NCBI RefSeq assembly: GCF_000002075.1
Contig: NW_004797706.1
Location: 357,969-421,968 of the forward strand
DNA from: Aplysia californica
Taxonomy: Eukaryota
Length of the DNA stretch: 64,000 nt
Reading direction: 5' to 3'
Position 1 is the stretch's first letter. Every line of letters starts with the position of its first letter. Below are positions 48,438-61,500 of this stretch, piece after piece. The position numbers and the translations under genes are program-made. The notes under the pieces are model-generated. The model saw only the letters and a program-made list of their open reading frames with translations, had not been told where the DNA came from and made no database searches.

Positions 48438-49235
48438 CAGTGGAGTCCACTTATAACGAGTCCTGAAACAACGAGAAGTCTGTTATAAAGACACTGGTCT
48501 AAAACCCCGTTTTTTTTCCTTCTTTATCTTTGTAAATAAAATACTGCTATTGCGCAATCAGACCGTCACGCGAGTCGTTTATAACGGAATATTGCTGCTG
48601 CTGTGCACAACGCACAGACCAATTAAACCTATAAAACCTTGCCAGTTGAGAAAGTTGTCGGTGATCCAGCGAAACAAGGAATGGGAGAGCCCACGCGAAC
48701 CAACAATGAAGGTCGGAGCGAATGAGTGGGGAGGGTGTGGCATGCGCAGACACAAGCAGAACGCATCATCACGTGATAGGCCAGCCCAGTCTAGATTATC
48801 TAGGCATACCGTGCCTCTCACTTCTCTGATGCGGGATGGAGAGGTCACAATGCTGTGATAGATGGAGCGAATGTATGACGTGCGCAAGCAGACGCAACGC
48901 ACCACAGTGTGTGGTGGGGTGGGGGACAACACAGCGGGCGAGTTAGCCTAGAGCCAGAGCCCCTTCTTTCTGATCGCCAAGGCCGATTTGTCAACATTGC
49001 TAGTACTAGAGAAAGAAACCTGATTCGATTTTTGATCAAGTAAGACCTTGAGATCATGTTGAACAAATCATCATCAGGGGAAATGCAAAAAGGAATAAAC
49101 AGAACGCCAAATCATAAATTAGGCCTACTTTACTATTTCCCTTGAATTTATTACTGGATCCCTTGTAACGAGAATCCTGCTATAACGGACATTTCGCACC
49201 GGTCCCCTCCCTCTCGTTATAACAGGATTCCACTG
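48438..49235. mobile_element. Tigger/pogo-like MITE
   Basis: CAGTGGAGTCCACTTATAACGAG ... CTCGTTATAACAGGATTCCACTG-TA inverted termini. Confidence 0.75.
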
Positions 49236-49905
49236 TATAATTTTCTAGTCTATGGAGTTAGGCGGGGACCACTTCTCCCGAAGAGTGCCTTGCTTAGTGT
49301 AGGTTTTAAAAAACCCAGATAAAAATGAAGAAAAGTACTTCTTACTAAGCAGACCTGCCATTTATCCCGATTTAATCCAATGGGGGTAAAAATGTCAGTT
49401 TCTTCAATTTTCACGCCTGATCACAGAATGCTGATTAGAGACACCCGTCTAGAAAACTTTCTGGGAAGATTTAAAAAGTTGTTTCGTCTCTTGTGTGTGT
49501 GTGTGTTTAAATGCGCACATCATACCACAGTTGTACTTGTTAATTTTAAGTGTTTCATACTACACACAGAGCTGAAGACTTGTGCTGCCTTGCCAGTGTT
49601 ATTTTTATCATAATATTTTTTTTAAGCAACTTTTTAAGGCTTTGATTAATTATATTGATTATTATAAACATTCAACTGATTGAAATCCATTAAATTGGAT
49701 AAGATTGAAATTTTTGTTTAAACTGAATTTAGCAAGTGGTATGTTAACATATTTGCACTAAGGTTGTTAATAGATTTTACAACATCAATTGTTTTTTAAA
49801 ATTATTTTGTCTTTCAGGCACATGAACTGTGTGAAGCATGCTGCCAATAAGAATTATTGAGCGACCCTGATTTGGAGATTCTGGGATATTCTTGAATAAA
49901 GCAAA

Positions 49906-50017
49906 ATGAACCTCTGTCGATGCTGCAAAACATCTCACAGAGGCCTTAGGTTTATGCACTCTCAACCTGGGAATGCAGATGATGTGAAGAACAAATTATC
50001 CTGTGAAGTTCTTGCAG
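49906..50017 (+). CDS. BRCA2: BRCA2 first coding exon (MNLCRCC..SCEVLA)
   Basis: Exon 49818-50017, ctttcag|...GCAG|gtcagt; phase 1 into the PALB2-motif exon. Confidence 0.6.
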
Positions 50018-50591
50018 GTCAGTATTATGATGTCTCTTGTGGAATTTTTAAAAATAAATTCTGTATTATTGAGCTTTTATCTTGTTTAAGAATCAATGTG
50101 AGAACTGCTTGGACACGTAGACAAGACGGTACGTCTGGTGTAATGGTTAAACTCACGATTCGCTATTGCATACTGAAGACTCGAGTTCAACTCCCGAATG
50201 GGGAATTTTAAAATTGGGCACCTCTGTCTGCTTGTTGGAATGATGGACATCCCACTCAGCCCAGGTTCACCCTGCTGCCAGGACAATTAGGGTCAAAGCG
50301 TCCTTCCCCCAGAACGAAGTAAATTTAGTCCATGGCTGTGTCGATCTACTCTCAGGAAGTCAGGAAACTGCATAACAAAGAAAGTGTTGGATTGAAATCC
50401 AAAGAGTAAAAGGTGAAGACCGCGTGGAACCTGGAGAAGAATCACAGAAATTGATGTCCAGAAAAGTGGGAAGACATGGAATGAAATCAAAAGGCTAGCC
50501 AAGGATAGAGAAAGGTGGAAACCATTTGTCCGTGGCCTATGCCCTGGTGCAGGGTGAGAAAGGCTTTTCCCCTAGTGCTTAATGACAATTG

Positions 50592-50753
50592 CAGTGCAGC
50601 CTCTGTATAGCGACCTTCGGTATAACGACCTCTGTGCAGGTCCCGAATTTTTCTTTAAATATCATTAGTAGTTTTTGGGTTGCCTCTCTATCACAACATT
50701 TTTTTCTGGTCCCCACTTTATGTCATTATAGTATTATAGAGAGGCTGCACTGT
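50592..50753. mobile_element. Short pogo-like MITE
   Basis: CAGTGCAGCCTCT ... AGAGGCTGCACTG-TA. Confidence 0.75.
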
Positions 50754-50839
50754 ATTTTGTGTGTGTTTTTCTGTACTGTACTCAAGCCGACGAATAGACA
50801 AAATTTTGATTTTTAAACTAAATTTTTTGCAACTTTCAG

Positions 50840-50989
50840 CGTTAGGTGACACCAGCCTTAGCTGGTTCGATGACTTGACTGCAGCCCACATTGACGCTCA
50901 GGCCACAAGGAAGGATGCCGAGCGTCAGGTTCAAGATGAGTCAGAATTCTGGTCACCGTGTCCAAGGGGAGGTGTTTTCTCGGTGGCTG
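50840..50989 (+). CDS. BRCA2: BRCA2 exon with PALB2-binding-like motif (ALGDTSLSWFDDLT)
   Basis: Aligns to human DLGPISLNWFEELS; actttcag| acceptor, phase 1; donor G|gttcgt. Confidence 0.8.
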
Positions 50990-52064
50990 GTTCGTATCTT
51001 GTTGTATGTCATTGAAACATGGACATTTCTTTGAGCTCTATAAATCTGATTGAATGTAAGTTTGGAGAATTTTAGAAATATTAATTACTTTTTTATAAAA
51101 TTCCTGAATATCATGTGAATCTTTTTTGGTTTAAAAAAGAAACATTTTATTATAACTGTCAAATCTTGTTCTTTTTTGCAGTGGTTATAATGTTGTAACT
51201 TGTGATAATTGTTCTAATGTTATCTTCTCTTCTTTTTTTTTTTTTTTTTTTTTTGTAGTTGAAAAACTTTTGAATTTTTCATTGAGTGGAAAGTAGGAAA
51301 AGCAGCACTGCTTTTATAAAATGAATTAGTTTACCATTGGGCACAATTAACACAACCATAGAAACTTCATAATCATGGATAGCTTATACAATTAATTTGC
51401 TGTTCCCAACTGATATCTCTTTAATTTTTTTGTTATATATTCGATTTACCTGAATCATGGATGTGTCGAATACTTGTCGAATATTTGATCTGTGCGCGAC
51501 TATAAATGTAGTTGGCTGAGCTTTGCACACATGCAGGCCAGTGTAGAAAAGTGATTTTTTTTGGCACTCATCATATCTGCTAGTCTTTAGTTTGTTTGTT
51601 TGGGGGTTTTTTAGGTTATTTTTGTAGCCGAACTTTTTGTTATAGGTTTTTGAAATTGTTGTACAAAATTTAGGACTTTGTTTTTAGAGAACTTTCCGTT
51701 TTTTGTTTGTTTCTCTCTTTGTTCAAAGTTCTTGCTTGTTGAGTTCATTCCTGTGGACATTCAACTTTGCTGCGTATGTTTTTATCCTTGGGTTTTGTTT
51801 GGACTAACCTGCTTGGTGCACACATCATTGTTTCTGGACCGTGGGTGGTTGGCGGGTGCTCTGGTGTGGAAGAACTTCTTTCCTATTAAACAACTATCGC
51901 CTTTATCTCCCCTCCTTCTATTTTGTGTTTGTTACTCTCTTGTAACACCTCTAATCTTCGGCACTTTAAATATGACCGTATTGTGTTGTTTCAAGTGCCA
52001 TAACACTCGTACTAAAACTAAAACTGTTTCTGGATTCCACCATGATTTCTTGTCTCTCTGTCAG

Positions 52065-52152
52065 TTCCCAACAAGAACAGAAACGGAGACATGACCCCCA
52101 TGACAGCTTTGCTATCTACCTCGGGGAATACCTCCAATATTTTGCTCAATGC
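52065..52152 (+). CDS. BRCA2: BRCA2 small exon (VPNKNRNGDMTP..LLNA)
   Basis: ctctctgtcag|...GC|gtaagt; phase 1 in and phase 2 out fits both neighbours. Confidence 0.65.
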
Positions 52153-53039
52153 GTAAGTCAAGTTGTACCTGCATTTCTTCCCTTCTCGTAAACACTAGGG
52201 TGTGTACACATGTCTTGTGGGTGGTTGGCGGGTGCTCTGGTGTGGTTTGCTCCTTCTTTCCTATCAAACATCTATCGTCCTTATCTCCCCTCCTTCTGTT
52301 TTGTATTTGTTATTCTCTTGTATCACCTCTAATCTTCGGCACTTATATGACCGTATTGTGTTGCAAGTGCCGTAAAACTCGTACTAAAACTAAAAAACAC
52401 ATGCATTGGTTTAGAGAAAAGACTTTCCTCCCATGGTGTACTAAGATGATACAGTACTTTGAGTATATCTCAGATGAACACTGCCACAAGCCGACAAAAC
52501 GCCTTTTTTTTTTGTTCCCGGCAGTTTTGAGAAAAAGAGGGTTTTTTTTGTCAGGGTAACCATTGAAAAATAGCGTTCTTCCAAAATTTGAACTCAAATT
52601 TATTTTTTAAAAATAGTTACAGTTTCACTTTGCTTTTCTTTCCCACAAGTAGGGTAACTGACCCAGGCTTTTGATTAAGCAACTAAAAATTTTGGCACCA
52701 AAATGCAAAAAATATGTCGTTTTGTCAGCTTTCGACAGAACAGAGGTTAGACATCAGATTTTTCCTTGGCATAATATTAGTTTTCCCCCTCTGGCCATCC
52801 CATTAGCGAACAGGGTTTTCTGTGTTTCACTCCCTGAGAGTACTTTCATTGATGAGAAACTTTTGTGATATGAGAAAACTTTCCTCAATTTTTTCTTCTG
52901 ACTACTTTTCTCTACTGTAGAATTATTGCTTATTGCTTGCCATTTTAACTCTGTATTTTATGGTCTTACTCTTACCAAAGTTCTTTTCTTGATTCTCACT
53001 TTTATCCTTGAATACTGTTGTGTGGGATAGAGTGCAATC

Positions 53040-53090
53040 TATTATTATTATTATCATCATCACTGACACTTACATGTTTTGCAGGTCCCC

Positions 53091-53140
<50 letters not shown>

Positions 53141-53203
53141 CATCATTGACAGGTCCCCTTTTACTTTTGTTATTATTATTATTATCACTGACAGGTTCCC
53201 TTC

Positions 53204-53250
<47 letters not shown>

Positions 53251-53275
53251 CATTATTATTGTTGTTATCATCATC
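53040..53275. repeat. (ATT)n microsatellite blocks interleaved with duplicated acceptor fragments
   Basis: Visible (ATT)n/(ATC)n runs. Confidence 0.9.
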
Positions 53276-53299
53276 ACTGACACGTGACGTGTTTTTCAG

Positions 53300-53445
53300 G
53301 TCCCCGTCGATGCAAAGTCCCATGAACGGCTTGAAGTGTGACCAGTCAGCTATTTCCTGGACCAGCGCCATGGCCACGCCCCTTGACCCTTCCTCCGCCT
53401 TTGCTTCATTTTCAGAAAGCAAGGATGAAAACTTTGCCTTTGGGG
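53300..53445 (+). CDS. BRCA2: BRCA2 exon with ISWTSAMATP motif
   Basis: Matches human MSWSSSLATP; tttttcag| phase 2; GGGG|gtcagt phase 1. Confidence 0.8.
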
Positions 53446-54069
53446 GTCAGTTCCTTTGTTGCTTCTTCTTACCTTTGGTTGGCGGGTGCTCTGGTGTGGT
53501 TTGCTTCTTCTTTCCTATCAAACATCTATCGTCCTTATCTTCCCTCCTTCTTTTTTATGTTTGTTCCTCTCTTGTAACCTCTAATCTTCTGGCGCTCATA
53601 TGACCTTATGCAGTTGCGAGCGCCGTAAAACCTCTACAAAAAAAAAAAAGATCTTTAAAGTGGGTGGTTTGTGGGTGCTCTGGTGTGGTTTGCTTCTTCT
53701 CTCCTGTCAAAGACCCTCCGCGACATTTTGGAGAGAGCCTCGAAGCATCGATGGACATGTCTGGAGTGCAGGGATGTTCTTTCCGGAACAATGAATCCTG
53801 TCAAACATCTATCGTCTTTATCTCCCCTTCTTTTTGTGTTTGTTACCCTCTTTTAGCACCTCAAATCTTCGGCACTTATATGACCTTATTGTGTTGCAAG
53901 TGCCGTTAAACACTTACTTAAACTAAAAAAGCTTCAAAAAAGACATACGGCCTAGATATTCAGACTCATGCCCGTAATCTTAGGCGGTAGTGAAAAAGTT
54001 AACATAGACCAAAGAATTTACTATTATTGCATGGTTTCATTTTGTGGTTTTTTTATTTTCTCACACCAG

Positions 54070-54131
54070 AAATGGATGAAGGCAACATCACAATCACTGA
54101 ACAGTCAGCGACTGAGGCTGGCAAATTGAAG
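54070..54131 (+). CDS. BRCA2: BRCA2 small exon (EMDEGNITITEQSATEAGKLK)
   Basis: ttctcacaccag|...AAG|gtactt; phase 1 in, phase 0 out. Confidence 0.7.
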
Positions 54132-54453
54132 GTACTTGAACTCTCCTCCCTGTATGCTTCTCCACTAATTGTCTCTGAGAAATTGTGCTCTCAGACTTCA
54201 GTGCTTTGAATGTGTCCTTGAGCTCTGCTTATTTGAACTTTGTATCTTTCAATGATGCCCCTTTTTTTTCCGAAGTTAATAGTTTGACGAAGAAAAAGGA
54301 TTTTGCTGAGCTGAAAACGAGACCGATGCGGGAAAGTTGTATGTTGAAGAAGATTATACTTTTGACATTTGTTGAGTTTTATATCTTAACTAACCTTTTT
54401 TTTATATTTTGAACTTTTAAAATTGAAGGTGGATATTCGGTTTCATCGCTCAG

Positions 54454-57337
54454 ACAAACCAATTTCTTCCCCAGCCCTTCAGTCGCCAGCTGTTCTCCCC
54501 GGGGCAAACGTCCTTGAACGACGACAGCCTCAGCGAGATGTTCAATGCTGATGCCGCGACCTCTGATATGACTGTTGAGCTGGAGAGCACGCTGATGAGC
54601 GAGGGGGAGCTGCCTTGTACGGCTGACAACACCTTGACCTCTAATCCTGAGAGTGCAGAGAAAGTAAATGAGGACGGAAGAAAAATGAAGAAATCTTGGC
54701 CACATGGGTCGGGATCTGTGGTGACAGTTGGTGACCATACAGAAAATAGACAAGGAGTGAAGCTTGCTTGTTTAAAAGAACCAAGTCATTCCAATGGTGA
54801 TCTCAAAGGCTCACGTTTTCCAGCTCATGAATTGAGCAGTGAATCGGGTAAAAAAGGTTCATCTATTCGAGATGATGCAGGAAGAGGAAGTCGGGAGAAA
54901 GGCTTGACTGTACTTGATAATTCTGATGTAGGAGGAGATTGTTCTATAGCTGTATCTGACAGGTCAGGTCTGTCGGAAGAAAATTTTCAAGACTTTCAAA
55001 CCCCGCATGAGGTCGAGAATGAAAGAGTGAAAGATAAAGATCGCAGTGTAGAAGATGAAAGACGCTCGAGTCACATAGACGAGTTGTTGTCAATGGTGTT
55101 CTGTAGTCAGGAGAGTTCTCCTGCAGAAGCCGGTACAAAGGACGGAGGGCAAGTTACGCAGATGCATGTAGAGGAAAATACAAAGTGTGAAGTGTCGGGA
55201 GTTGGTGAGAGGTGCTCTGGTAACAAAGATCGGAGAGCCGAGGTACAGGCTTTGAATTTACCGAGAGACTCCTTAGGTGTAAATACTCTATTCGATGGTA
55301 CGAGGAAGAATTCTGATTTAGGAGATGTTGATCAAACTACGCCAGTGAGAAAGGTTGGTCTCGGAAATGTACAAAGTTTTGTTGGTGAAAGCTGTGATCC
55401 AGGAAAAGGTTGCTCAAATTTGGAACATTCCCTTGTTCCTATGACTGATCTAGGTAAAAGATTATCAAATGGCCTCGATGAGGGGTCAAAAACTCCACAG
55501 TCAATTCTGAAAAACCCTAAGACCCCAAAGTTGTCAACCAGGAAAAAAGTGCGCTTCTCCACCGAGGATATGGGACCAGGAGATGTAGAAAATACAGCTG
55601 GAGGTAATCTAAGCACGGTAGAAGGGCTAGATATGACAGTGAGTGACAACGAACATCTGAAGGAACTGAGTGACAGCGGACGTCTGAAGAAACTGAGTAA
55701 CAGCAAGAGGGAATTCCTTATGGGTGAGCAGCTACCCCCTAGTGAGATAACGGAAGACGCTCCTGAGCTCAATGAACTCGGGGATGCTGTTTTAGCTGAT
55801 TTGTCTCTCTCGATGTTTGAAGCAGACGACGGAGGTGAACATGAAAGTGTGTGGGAGGAAGAGGAGCCGTTGTTGAGTTCTCAGGTGGAGGGACTTGCCG
55901 ATAGAGTCAGTGGGCTCTATGAAGAGGGTGACGCGGAAATGTCTCACGAGGAAGTGGACGATGCGGAGTCCGGTCTTGCTGCTGTGGGATGTGAAACAGA
56001 CGGCTTCGGTCCGGATGATTCTTTCGAAGTTCTGGCGTCAAGTTTCTGTAGCCAGGTGTTGCTGAGTTCTCAGGTAGACGACAGAGCTGACAGACACAGG
56101 GCGGTGCAGGAGGAAGTGCGCGACCCTTGTCTCGCGGAGAAAGTGTTGAGAGTTGATGTACCTCACAGGAAGAATAGTTCAGAAAGTTCAGAAAGTTTTT
56201 TTAAGGAGGACGATTTAGTAAAGTGTTCTGAGGTGAAGTGTGGCACAGAAAATAAACAGGCTACTGTTATGGTATCAGAGAATAAGAAGGCTGGTACAAT
56301 GAATGGTTTCAGAACTCTAGACTGTGACTTTGAAGAGGATGATGAAAGTTTATGTTTGGCTGTGGCTTTGGCCGAGAATCAGCAAATTTGTGATAAGGAG
56401 AAAGCATCTCCTGATGTTGACGGCAACAGTGTCTGTGTTGATGGGGGAAGCAGTGATGAAGACAAAGGCGGATTGGTCAAGGGTGTTGTTGACAGCAAGA
56501 GCGGTGTACCTTCTCGCACTATTGATGAACAGAAGACGAAAGAGTGTTCCCGAACTGTGGGCTGTACAGAGGATCAAAACTGTCCGTTGTCCAAAACCTC
56601 GATGGCAACGGTGGCTACATCAACTTCGGGTCCAGTCACCACAGTCCCGTGTGCCTCACGCGGTGAACACACTCTGACAGCTTCGTCTTCGTCATCCTTA
56701 TCTGCTGCGTCACGTGTATCCCCTGCCGTCACCACTCAGTCACTTCAGACTCCGCAGTCGGCGAGACCTCTCCTTTCATCAGCGACTTCTTCTTCGTCAT
56801 CCTTATCTACCATGTCACGTGTATCTCCGACTGTCACCGTTCAGTCACTGAAGACTCTGCAATCGCCGAGACCTCTGCTTTCATCAGCAGCTTCTTCTTC
56901 GTCATCTTCATCTTCTGTAGTAACTCCCTCGTCTTCCCGACCCTCTCCGTCTTTGGCCAAACCCTTGCTGAGTCTCCTGACCAGCAAACGGAAAAAGTTT
57001 GTGTACCCGACCCAACGCGCAGAAGAGGAGACCCCCGAGATGCGACTGTCCAAACTGCTGAACGCGGCCTTGTCTTCCAAACTACCATCTCTCCAAGCTA
57101 CAGTACCGCACACGGGGAAAGTGAACTCGAATATAATGCATTCGCCGAAACTATCAGAAACTCCCACTTCCTCCAAGGCTGTAAGACTTCAGTGTGTAGC
57201 GGAGCAGCCATCGGTGAGACAGGCGGCCATCACCCCAGCCTACCACTCTGCTGTAGACTGTCAACAAAAAGCTGTCAGCCCCAAGAATCCTCCACATCAA
57301 CCTGCAATGTCAAAAAAAGGAAAGAAGGATCTCCTCG
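54454..57337 (+). CDS. BRCA2: BRCA2 large disordered acidic/Ser-rich exon
   Basis: 2.9-kb open frame; catcgctcag| phase 0; CTCG|gtaagt phase 1 links in frame to the BRC exon; contains KKFVYP. Confidence 0.8.
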
Positions 57338-58510
57338 GTAAGTTGTTTCTGAAATAATTATTTGTGAGACAGCTTGGTGAAATCAGGCGCTCATCAAAAT
57401 AATCAAAGTGAAGAAACTGACATTTTTCCGCACGTTTGTGAATTTTTATCAAAAATTCGTTTTTTGGCTAAACACTTTTTTTGCCCTCTTAATAACATAT
57501 TTCTGTGTTTATTATACTGAAAAACGTTGATTAAAGGCACACAACATGTAAATTTTCAGTTTTCACGAACTCTCAAGCGAAGGAATTAACTATTCTTTAG
57601 CAGCCATTTTCTCACCAATTTTACCTCTTAAATCTGGTGACCTCCACTTCCTTCATTCGCAAATATCTCGACTTGTATTCAAGATTAACGAACATTATTT
57701 TCATCAAAAGCAAGACAAATAAACACGCGTTAGGGTGATACCAGTAATGCTGCACGCCCAAAAACTGACGAGAGCCTGATTCCATCATGTGGTGACACAT
57801 TTTGTTTTTCCTCTCTGTATGCTTCCCAGAGAGTTGAGGTTGTTTCCGAATGCTCTCACGTCTGCTGGAGTAATATAATATATGTGAGGCATCGTGATGA
57901 AATCACTCGTCCAAATAATGAAATCAAAGAATTCAGCATTTTTTGGCATATGGGTCTTTTTTTTTTTTTAAATTTAAAAAAAAAATTTTTTTTGCTCAAC
58001 ACCTTTTATGTCCTTTTAAAAACACACTTTTGTGTGGATTTTACTGAAAAACTTAAAGGCATAAAAAATGTAAATTTTCAGTTTTCAAAGACTCTCAGGC
58101 TATGGAAGTTACCAAACTTCGTCAGCCATTTTTTCGCTTATTTTACCTCTGAAACCAGGTGACCCTCACCTCCTTAAATTGCAAATATTTTGACCTCTAT
58201 TCTACATTGATGGGATTATTTTCTCCAAAAGAAAGGGAACTTATTCCACTTATTCTTTAACCAGTTTTCCTCTTCATTACTGTCTCAAAGTAATTATGTG
58301 GGTGGTTGGTGGGTGCTCTGGTGTGATTTGCTCTTTGTTTCCTATCAAACGTTTTATCCTCCTTCTCCTTTTCTTTGGATGTCACTCTCTAGTAACACCT
58401 CTAATCCTCAGCACTTAGATATGATCTATTTGTGTTGCAAGTGCAGTATTCTTTCAAAAACTAAAACCCTCAAACCAGAGTAATTGTGATTTTTGTCTGT
58501 CTGTCCTCAG

Positions 58511-61500
58511 GATTCGCCAGGTTCTCAGATGTGTTTTGTGATGAGGCCGTGGAGGAAAAGCCGCCGGAGACAACGACGAAGGGTGCAGCAAATGTTCTCT
58601 GGGCTCAAGAAATGTCTGAAGGGAGAAAGGACAATGCTGTTCGTTCTGTGGAAAGAAGAGACTTGAATGTTGGGACTGTGGAATCTGTAACGATGCCTGA
58701 AGCTGAACGTACTTCGGCTGGAGAACTAACAGTTCGGCTCTGTGATAAAGTAGTAACGTGTAAACTTGGAAACAACAACTCTAATTATAGATCAGACTCT
58801 TCTGATACTCAAAATGCGGTAGATAAACGCAGTAATCATCACCACGCTGATGCAGCCGCGGCACGTGTAGAGGATTTTATTGAGACAGCGCGCGGCACCG
58901 GTGACAGTCCTACGACGACGCCTGAAGACGCGGATGAATTCATGTTCTCCTCTCAAATGTGGCGAGCCACCGAGTTTTCTCAGATTGAGTCCTCACAGAC
59001 GCACGCTGAGGACGGATCGACGAAAGTCATGGCCTCAGATAGTGATTGCATGCTCACAGCTGCTGCACATATGTCAGAGGACTCTTTACAGGGAGAAGAA
59101 GATACCACAATGTCAGATACACATAGTGTGGAGAATTGTATTCGTTCTGATGGTCACAGAAATGTAACAGCTTCTGCTGATCAACGTAGTACAGGCAAAT
59201 CGGAGAAATCTTTCCCTCGGGCTGCCACGTCTGGGTTCTGTAGACCAACGTATCAAACGGGGACAGTAAAAAGTAAACCCAGAGAAACTGAGAATCAGGA
59301 ACAAAATGAAATGAACCAAAGTGACTTCACCATCAACGACAAGGATAAAAATTCTCCCGCTTCGCCGTTGATGAAATGTTTCACTACGGCTTCTCTTTCG
59401 GAGTGCACTAACGGACGGTTAAGTAGTGAGAAAGATGCGAAAAGTTCAGATGCTTCTTGTAAGAGAGGAATCGGTGACTCTGGTGATGCTACCTTTGATG
59501 GCTCCCCTCAGAGAGTCTCTGCTGGCACAGTTGATGGAGAAGCGACTCATTCTGTCTTTTCGAAACCATCCGGCTTTACCACAGGGAGAGGGGCTCCCAT
59601 TTCAAGGACAGAGGAGAGTACAGAGATGGCTCAGCAGGTTATGATGGAATGCCAGGAAGATAGAGACCCTGATGCTTGTGACGGTCGTGTTGGGAATGCC
59701 ACATACAGCGAGAACAGGACATTTTCCAGTGGACAGTGTGGGAATGGTAAGGACGATCGTCTTCCCAAAGCTCCCAGTGCTGGTTCAGTGGCTGGGAACT
59801 GTGCGGATACTTTTGGGTTCCAGACAGCCGGTGGTCGTGCGATTTCTCTGAGTGCAACGGCACAGCAGAAGGCCAGGCTATTGTGGGAGTCTGTAAGAAA
59901 TGAAACCGACTGTGGTGAACAAGCAGATAAAATCCCACCAAAAGTCCCTCCAAAAGAAATTGTTCCCGGCAGTACTCGCCTGGCAGAGAAACCGCCGCTC
60001 AGCAGCACGGTGAAGCCGCCAGGAGGAACAAAGCCGGTGAACAATGTTTGCGAAAACACAAAGAGTAATGCTAGTAAGCCTAAATTTGACAAAAGTTACA
60101 AAGGTTTCAGACCCTTCAAGCCCCCAAAACTTAAACAGAAAACTGTCGCGACGTCCAGAGATCAGACGGGCCGTGTTTTGAATCAGTCTTGTGGTACAAA
60201 ACAGACAAACAACAGCGCCAGAGTTGCAGCTCTGGAGCAGATACTAAAACAGTGTGATGATATCATGGACACGAATAATGACGCGAGCGGCAGCCGCAGT
60301 GCAGGAGAGAGTAAGGAGGAATTTCGTCCTTTCACTGGCTTACAACAATGTTCGAACCCAGGTCCTCAAGCCTCACTACTCCCCTCCCTCTCAACGGGAG
60401 CAGAGAAGTCTGGAGAGACAATAGCACACCAGGAAACATCGAAAAGCAATTTTACCCTAGGGTTCAGAAAAGCTGGGGGAGCAGATGTTACAGTGTCTAG
60501 ACAAGCTTTGAGAAAAGCTGAGATGTCGCACTCGGAGGATGGTGGTGATTTATCGAGCAGAGACGCAGCCTCAATGTCTGTGGCACTCAATACTTCTGGA
60601 GAACCGCAAGCTGATGCGACTTTGAAAGAACCACCCATGGTCGGCTTTATGACAGCCTCCAGGAAAAATGTTGAGGTTTCAGACAAGGCAATGAGTCGCG
60701 CCAAGTCCGTGTGGATAGAAGTGCAGCAGGCAGAGAGGGAAGTGTCTACAGCGAGGCCAATGTCAGGATTTGTCACTGCGGCAGGGAAGGAAGTTAAAGT
60801 TTCCGAGGAAGGGATGACTCGAGCTAAATCTTTGTGGACGGAAGATCAAAATAATGCTCCGGAGAGTGATGAGGTGCTTCGTGATGCGTCGGGACTCTCG
60901 TTACCCACTTGCGGTTCTGGACTTGGCCACGACAGTGCTCTCACTGGTTTCACAAAATCTGGAGAAGTTCACTCATTACAGGTGTCAAAAGCGGTACTGC
61001 CAAGCTTCACGACCGCAGGTGGGAACGATATCCAGGTGTCGGCAGAAGTTATGACTCACAGTGAGTCCTTGTGGACAGACGGACAGCTGGGAGAACCGGA
61101 GATTTCTAAAGGGAAACAATCCATGGCAGGTTTCATCACTGCTGCTGGTAAAGGCGTTCAAGTCTCGGCACAAGCATTAAGTCGGGCTGAGACTTTATGG
61201 GCTGAGGATAAAGACATGAGCGGAACAACCCGAGGACAGACGGGAGAGGCATTGAAAGATGGAGCTGTTCCAGGTTTCATGACTGCAGCCGGTAAAAGTG
61301 TGGGGGTGTCTGAAAAAGCCTTCAGGCACGCCAAGTCTTTGTGGAGTGATGGAATGCAGGGAGAAGAAGAAGGTTCCAAAGGAAAACCTGTGTCAGGATT
61401 CATGACGGCTGCTGGGAAAAATGTTCAGGCTTCGGAAGATGCAATGGCTCATGCCAAGTCTTGGTGGAATGACGGTCAAAGTGAGATGCTTCAAGCGGCA

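Noticed and set aside
53008-53422. Poly-Ile/Leu/Tyr/Asn ORFs
   Set aside because: (ATT)n microsatellite translations; only 53300-53445 is coding.
54514-57357. Separate 947-aa gene
   Set aside because: Flanked by phase-compatible splice sites linking it to BRCA2 motif exons on both sides.
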